Origin: Rhodothermaceae bacterium
Lineage (GTDB): Bacteria > Bacteroidota > Rhodothermia > Rhodothermales > Bin80
DNA length: 64,000 nt
NCBI GenBank assembly: GCA_009841335.1
Contig: VXLY01000004.1
Span: forward strand, 28,837-92,836
Direction: 5' to 3'
The notes under the pieces are model-generated. The model made no database searches. It was given only the letters and a program-made list of their open reading frames with translations, and was not told where the DNA came from. The position numbers and the translations under genes are program-made. Positions 58,823-64,000 of the stretch are shown here, piece after piece; positions within the stretch are counted from its first letter, which is position 1, and every line of letters begins with the position of its first letter.

Positions 58823-59953
58823 TTAATGCAACGCCTGCTTGAAATCAGCAATCAGGTCATCCTCGTGCTCAATCCCAACCGAAATACGTAACAGAGAATC
58901 CCTTATTCCTGCGGTTTCTCGCTCCTCTGGCGTGAGCCCCGCGTGAGAACTGATTGCTGGCCGCGTCATGAGTGACTCGACACCTCCAAGGCTCGGTGCG
59001 TAGAGGGGCAGACGGAGTCGGTCAATCAAGTCCGTGACAGCGTCCAATTCCCCCTTGAGTTCAATGCTCAACATCCCACCAAAGCCTTCGAAGAGACGTG
59101 CCGCCCGCTCGTGCTGCGGGTGGGAAGGGAGCCCAGGATAGTATACATGCGCAACCTTGTCGTGGTCTTCGAGGAATTTGGCCAGAGCAAGCGCGGTAGA
59201 GTTGTGCTGTCTCATTCGCAATGCAAGCGTCTGCATACCTCGGTTGAGCAAAAAGCAGGCATGAGGGTCTAGGGCACCCCCCAGATGCTTAAGTGTTTGC
59301 CGCGATTGATAAACCTGTTCCCGGTTGCCAACGATTACTCCTGCGACGATATCAGAATGACCATTCAGGTATTTAGTCGCGCTGTGAAGAGACAGGTCAA
59401 ATCCGGCAGCGGTAGCCTTATAATTGAACGGCGTAGCAAATGTATTGTCAATCAGCGATGTAAGGTTGTTGGCCTGGGCAAATGCAACAATGCCCTCCAG
59501 ATCGCAGACATGGAGCAGGGGGTTCGTAATAGATTCGACATAAATCGCACGCGTATTGGTCTGGAGAAGTGATTGCCACGTATCCGGTGCATCTGCATCA
59601 AAGAACGAAACAGTTATTCCAAGGTCTGCCATCAGCGTGCACACGAATCCATGCGTACCACCATAAAGGCTGTTCTGGGCAAGCAAATGTTCGCCTGGTT
59701 TGAGTACGGACAGGATTGCTCCGGTGATGGCTGTCATGCCGCTACCGGTGACTAGGGCTTCCTCTGCACCCTCCAGTACCGCAAGTTTGCGGTTGAGCAC
59801 TTCCTGGTTAGGTGTGTTATTGTAGCGGATATATCGTAAGGGGCTATCATCATGCTCAAACATGGCAGTTTGAAAAATAGGCATGCGTACAGCCCCCTCC
59901 ACGCGATCCGTTTCTCCCGCATGAATGAGTTGTGTGTCAATAGCGTGATTCAT
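58823..59953 (-). CDS. Cys/Met-metabolism PLP-dependent enzyme (cystathionine gamma-synthase/beta-lyase/methionine gamma-lyase family)
   Basis: A 376-aa ORF. SATKYLNGHSDIVAG carries the PLP lysine, and DNTFATP and SLGGVESL are also present. Confidence 0.88.
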   Translation of the reverse strand: MNHAIDTQLIHAGETDRVEGAVRMPIFQTAMFEHDDSPLRYIRYNNTPNQEVLNRKLAVLEGAEEALVTGSGMTAITGAILSVLKPGEHLLAQNSLYGGTHGFVCTLMADLGITVSFFDADAPDTWQSLLQTNTRAIYVESITNPLLHVCDLEGIVAFAQANNLTSLIDNTFATPFNYKATAAGFDLSLHSATKYLNGHSDIVAGVIVGNREQVYQSRQTLKHLGGALDPHACFLLNRGMQTLALRMRQHNSTALALAKFLEDHDKVAHVYYPGLPSHPQHERAARLFEGFGGMLSIELKGELDAVTDLIDRLRLPLYAPSLGGVESLMTRPAISSHAGLTPEERETAGIRDSLLRISVGIEHEDDLIADFKQALH

Positions 59954-60016
59954 TAAGTATTATTGGTTTGTTTAATGGCAAGCCCCCATAGAGACGATAA
60001 CGTGAATCAGTAACAA

Positions 60017-60898
60017 TCAGGGCAGATGAAGTGTACCGGCAATCACGGTAACTGCTTCTCCTCCAACTTGGACCGCAGATATATCGTTACGCGGTCCCAA
60101 TACTCTTACACGAGCTTGCCCGGGACGCTGCATCCAGGTTCCCTGCGATGCAAGAAAATCAGGTGCATCCATGAGACCATAATGCCACAGGTATGCTCCC
60201 ATTCCTCCTGTGGCGCTACCAGTAAAAGGATCTTCGAACACGTCTGGTGGACCGGCAAAATGGCGGGCGAACGTTCCTGAATCAATTTTGGCAAACAGGT
60301 GCACACTGAAAAACAAAAACTCACGACGTAGCTTTGAGAGTGCATCAATGTCGACCTGAATTTTTCTCAGGCAATCCAGTGCCTGCACGGGTACCATAAG
60401 TTGCGGAGTTCCAGTGCTGACGACTTGCACGGGCCTTCCGGTTACGAGATCCTCGGTTGACAGTCCGAAGACAGACGCGGCCCTGTCATGGGGAACTGTG
60501 GAGAGGAATTTTGGCTTGAGCTGTGTCATAACGATTTCGCGGGGTTGTCCCTCTGCCGATAATACATCAACAGGCACGATCCCGGCCTTAAGCTCAAGGG
60601 ATATTCTCGTCTGCGCCCCTGTGAGCTTTATACGGTTGGTTTCTATCAACGTGTGGATAGATGCAATCGTTGGATGACCGGCAAGCGGAATCTCCTCGGC
60701 TGGCGTAAAATACCGAGCTCGCACGTCGGCTTTGTCCGAGTGCAGAATAAATGCGGTCTCCGAAAGATTCTGTTCACGTGCGATCGCCTGCATTTGATCG
60801 CTGGTCAGTCCGTCTGCGTCAAGTACAACTGCGCAGGGGTTGCCATGGAGCGGCTCACTCGCAAATGCGTCTACTTGAAAGAAGGGGAAGGACGCCAT
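60017..60898 (-). CDS. PhzF-family isomerase
   Basis: It has FFQVDAFASEPLHGNPCAVVLDA and LSETAFI motifs. The fold is duplicated. Confidence 0.88.
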   Translation of the reverse strand: MASFPFFQVDAFASEPLHGNPCAVVLDADGLTSDQMQAIAREQNLSETAFILHSDKADVRARYFTPAEEIPLAGHPTIASIHTLIETNRIKLTGAQTRISLELKAGIVPVDVLSAEGQPREIVMTQLKPKFLSTVPHDRAASVFGLSTEDLVTGRPVQVVSTGTPQLMVPVQALDCLRKIQVDIDALSKLRREFLFFSVHLFAKIDSGTFARHFAGPPDVFEDPFTGSATGGMGAYLWHYGLMDAPDFLASQGTWMQRPGQARVRVLGPRNDISAVQVGGEAVTVIAGTLHLP

Positions 60899-60997
60899 CT
60901 GTCAGTAGCTACCAGAACCATGAACGCGGATCGGAAGCACAACACTTGCAAAGTTGAAGATAATGGCTTTAATTACTAGTCGCAGTCACACGAGATC

Positions 60998-61093
60998 ATG
61001 AACCGTAAGCAGCGAAAAAATATAATAATCGCACTCGCTATCCTCGTGGGGATTACCGTGGTCCTGGCAATCGTTACCCAGTTGAGCAGTTAA
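60998..61093 (+). CDS. Candidate 31-aa single-pass membrane micro-protein (below the ORF-track cutoff)
   Basis: From the ATG, MNRKQRKNIIIALAILVGITVVLAIVTQLSS then TAA. It has a positively charged N-terminus followed by a 20-residue hydrophobic helix. I have no homology evidence. Confidence 0.3.
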   Translation: MNRKQRKNIIIALAILVGITVVLAIVTQLSS

Positions 61094-61126
61094 TAGGCCA
61101 GCTTGCGCGCTTGCTGTTAGCCGTGG

Positions 61127-61828
61127 CTATGCGAGTTCGGAAAAGAACACATCAAAGTCGTCCTCATCTTCCTCCTCGTTCTCCAGGAACGGATAGATAT
61201 CCTGTAAGAGTTCCTGAAGTTTTGTACGTCCGCGATTGATTCGGCTCTTCACGGTACCCATAGGCAGTCCGGTGATAACGGCAATTTCCTCGTAGCTGAG
61301 CTGCTGAATATCTCGCAGGATCACAACCTCACGAAAGTGGTCAGGCAGTGCAAGAAGCCCATTCTGGATGTGCTGATCCTGGATGGCACTTTCGGCATGC
61401 TTGTCGGGTGCGAAGGTCTCATCGGGGAGGGGCATTTCAAACTCCTCACCATCCCGATTGAACGACTGGATGGAGTCCATCCGACGCCTGCTGCGTTTGC
61501 GGTACTCCGTTTTTGCCAGGTTGCCGGCAATGGTATATAGCCAAGTGGAAAACCTGGCTATTCTTTTGTACGAGTGCCGGTTGCGGTATACACGAAGGAA
61601 GGTTTCTTGGATTAGATCCTCACAGGCTTTCTTATCTCCGGTAAACCGGTACAGGAAGTTGACAAGGGGACCAGTCCAGCGCTCCCAGAGGATATTATAT
61701 GCCTCGACTACACCAGCCTGGAAATGCTCCATCAGGTCCTCGTCGGACATCTCCTGTAGTGCGTCAAAGCGGCTGAGAGCCGAACGGCGCCTAACGTCCT
61801 TTCGAATGATGCGTGCTATGTTCCTCAC
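61127..61828 (-). CDS. ECF-type sigma-70 family RNA polymerase sigma factor (paralog 1)
   Basis: Region 2 is DLIQETFLRVYRNRHSY...FSTWLYTIAGNLA. Region 4 is VVILRDIQQLSYEEIAVITGLPMGTVKSRINRGR. It has an acidic C-terminal tail and a GTG start. Confidence 0.88.
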   Translation of the reverse strand: MRNIARIIRKDVRRRSALSRFDALQEMSDEDLMEHFQAGVVEAYNILWERWTGPLVNFLYRFTGDKKACEDLIQETFLRVYRNRHSYKRIARFSTWLYTIAGNLAKTEYRKRSRRRMDSIQSFNRDGEEFEMPLPDETFAPDKHAESAIQDQHIQNGLLALPDHFREVVILRDIQQLSYEEIAVITGLPMGTVKSRINRGRTKLQELLQDIYPFLENEEEDEDDFDVFFSELA

Positions 61829-62296
61829 TTTTCTCTTATCTATTTTTTAACGGGACCAACCTCGGCCCCCGTTACGTATTATATATACACCTTGTTACAC
61901 CCTATGGCATAACGTACTCGGGTTTCACAAAATTGCCTTCACTGTAAAAGGCTGGGAACCGTTGAATACCCATAGAGTAAATTCGGCAAATGTTCGTCAG
62001 TTTGTTGTACGGTGGAGCATGTAACAACCTGATGTTATAGTCGACGACTCCAGTACAGCTAAGAAGTTTACGAAATATTTTTTACAAAGTCAAGTACTTG
62101 TGCATTGACTACAACAATCTTGATTTTGTCTGGACAGCAGGATAGTTCGTTCGAGAGATAGCAGTCTCTCATGTTCATCTATGTGGCTGTGGCGGGATTG
62201 CCATTGGATTGGTCTGATTGGGGCCGGCGCTCATGACTATTGAAACGGCCACAGACCCTGTCCGATGATCCTTGGACCGGTGGCAAGGTACCTACG

Positions 62297-62626
62297 CTAT
62301 CGACACGGACACATTGCGCGCAGGCGCTCCCAAGTGAAAATGCCACTGTTATGTCCATCATCCCAGGTCAGGCGCAAGCCTACGCTGCCAGCTACCTCAA
62401 CTTTGACATTCTCCCACCGCACGAGGGCCGGTAAGTGGAAAATTTCTGGATCTGGCAGCTCGTGCATTTTCTCATGCCCTTGGCAGCCGGCGCACGGACA
62501 TGCACGCCGTAGCCCATCCAGCGGAAAGGAGCAGGCGTGGTTATCAGACCATTGGATGTCAAAAGTTTGACGCTCCCGGTTGACAATCACGCGAAGACAG
62601 GTTACCGTTTCAGGCATACTGCTCAT
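62297..62626 (-). CDS. DUF971 (gamma-butyrobetaine hydroxylase N-terminal-like) protein
   Basis: A 109-aa ORF. It has FDIQWSDNHACSFPLDGLRRACPCAGC and LTWDDGHNSGIFTWERL. Confidence 0.8.
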   Translation of the reverse strand: MSSMPETVTCLRVIVNRERQTFDIQWSDNHACSFPLDGLRRACPCAGCQGHEKMHELPDPEIFHLPALVRWENVKVEVAGSVGLRLTWDDGHNSGIFTWERLRAMCPCR

Positions 62627-62708
62627 TCAGGAGCGAATGGTTGACTGACACTATCGTAGGTCTCTTCGTAAAGAGATACTCAAATGGGATGAACCCTCCA
62701 CCTGATGG

Positions 62709-63392
62709 TCAATTACGCCTATAACGCCCATTCTTATCCCTATTGAATGGGTATACCCCCTTTAATAGGTCTTGGAGTTTGGCACGTCCTCGATTAATGC
62801 GGCTTTTCACGGTTCCCATGGGAAGTCCGGTGATCTGTGCAATTTCATTGTATGAAAGTTGCTGAATGTCACGAAGGATCACAACCTCTTTAAAGTTTGG
62901 TGGAATTGAATCCAGCGCATCCTGGATATACTGATCCTGCAATGCACTTTCCGCATGCTTATCGGGCGAAAAGGTCTCGTCCGGTAAAGGCATTTCGTAT
63001 TCTTCGTTGTCTTTGTTTACGGACTGAATTGAGTACATGTGACGACGTTTCCGTTTACGGTACTCGCTTCTTGCAAGATTGCCTGCAATGGTATAGAGCC
63101 ACGTAGAGAACTTTGCAATACGCTGATAGGAGTGTCGGTTACGATGAACCCGAAGAAAGGTCTCCTGAAGTAGGTCTTCGCAGCGCTTGCGGTCTCCCAG
63201 AAAACCATACAGATAGTGCACCAGGCGCTCGCTGTATCGGCTTACCAAGATATCGTAGGCTTCCACAGTTCCTGCCTGGAAGAGCTCCATCAGGTCCTCA
63301 TCCGGCATTGCATGCAGGGCATCAAATCGACTGGCAGCCGACGAACGCCTGCGGTCATTGTTACGGGCTACTAAATGGACTGTACTGGCCAC
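62709..63392 (-). CDS. ECF-type sigma-70 family RNA polymerase sigma factor (paralog 2)
   Basis: It is collinear with 61127-61828 and about two-thirds identical by eye. The two share the same region 2/4 motifs, the same linker insertion (EMPLPDETFxPDKHAES) and a GTG start. Confidence 0.88.
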   Translation of the reverse strand: MASTVHLVARNNDRRRSSAASRFDALHAMPDEDLMELFQAGTVEAYDILVSRYSERLVHYLYGFLGDRKRCEDLLQETFLRVHRNRHSYQRIAKFSTWLYTIAGNLARSEYRKRKRRHMYSIQSVNKDNEEYEMPLPDETFSPDKHAESALQDQYIQDALDSIPPNFKEVVILRDIQQLSYNEIAQITGLPMGTVKSRINRGRAKLQDLLKGVYPFNRDKNGRYRRN

Positions 63393-63778
63393 GACCTACG
63401 TGCTCTCACACGATATTATTCTGATTGGAGAGTAGATGTACCGGTTTCTATGTAAGATTGTCTGTGCGACACTTCTGTATTGCACAGTTACGCGCTGCAA
63501 TTATATGGTCAACCGCAATCAGCATGCATTGATAACATTACCGTATAATAATGGCAAGATACTGAATTGGAACACAATAGGCTGTAGAATGACAGTGGGC
63601 TTAATGTTGACGCTCAGTTATGTAGGTCAATGCAGAACGACCTGCTTGGGTCTATTCTCGGAATGAAAGCAAGCGTTGATGCCCCGTGCCCAGATAGGAG
63701 GACGACATAATTTCCAAAATACATCTAATGGTACCCTCGGCACCGCGGTGCACCTGATGATCAGAACCGGAGACCATT

Positions 63779-64000
63779 TTGCCAGATAATCCTGACCAAC
63801 AGACCGAAGACCTAATCCGTTATCCCATTGACGGGGTTCTGGACTTGCACACGTTTCATCCACGGGATGCGGCCGAGGTGACACGCGAGTATCTTCGCGA
63901 GTGCCATAGAGAGGGTACGTACTGTGTGCGCATTATACACGGTAAGGGAAAGGGGGTATTAAGAGGTATCGTCCACGCAGTTCTATCCGATTGTTCTTTC
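63779..64000 (+). CDS. Smr-domain protein, 5' part (runs off the window end)
   Basis: The frame is open from 63761 to the window end. It reads ...YPIDGVLDLHTFHPRDAAEVTREYLRECHREGTYCVRIIHGKGKGVLRGIVHAVL, an Smr hallmark (LDLHG-type motif followed by IIHGKG). There is no in-frame ATG, so TTG 63779 is only a tentative start. Confidence 0.65.
   Translation, partial: MPDNPDQQTEDLIRYPIDGVLDLHTFHPRDAAEVTREYLRECHREGTYCVRIIHGKGKGVLRGIVHAVLSDCSF

Overview
This 64-kb window looks like it comes from an FCB-group bacterium (Bacteroidota/Rhodothermota/Balneolota-like). That guess is inference from gene content: a PorV/PorQ-type T9SS barrel, a CarboxypepD_reg-TonB receptor, a DUF5916 protein and Tat-signal Gfo/Idh/MocA oxidoreductases. 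I can support about 47 protein-coding genes and one tRNA-Gln(UUG). I found no rRNA, CRISPR array or intact mobile element.

Most of the window is ordinary core genome:
- a seven-gene nucleotide-sugar operon (UXS-fcl-gmd-two nucleotidyltransferases-RmlC-like cupin-UxaA-like dehydratase, 8007-14881, minus strand)
- tRNA-Gln followed by prs-rplY(ctc)-pth, then hppA
- a two-lipoyl E2 acyltransferase, secA, recN, two phosphohexomutases and katG
- a periplasmic sugar-oxidation-like cluster, metC-like, phzF-like and two paralogous ECF-type sigma factors

Two regions are accessory:
- Region 1-3870 is a head-to-tail array of at least three 1.84-kb units. Each unit carries a beta-propeller lipoprotein gene plus a conserved spacer.
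- Region 20331-29324 is a roughly 9-kb putative defense island between hppA and a TonB-dependent receptor.

The island is the strongest candidate for something new. It holds a 1741-aa single-gene STAND protein with the order N-terminal unknown region, TIR, NACHT, 17 pentapeptide repeats, 16 WD40 repeats. Convergent with it is a HARE-HTH/Mrr-type nuclease gene. The two are separated by 1.17 kb with only fragmentary ORFs.

A tyrosine-recombinase-fold gene at 34049-34963 appears to have lost all four catalytic R-H-R-Y residues. All family assignments come from motif recognition by eye; no searches were run.
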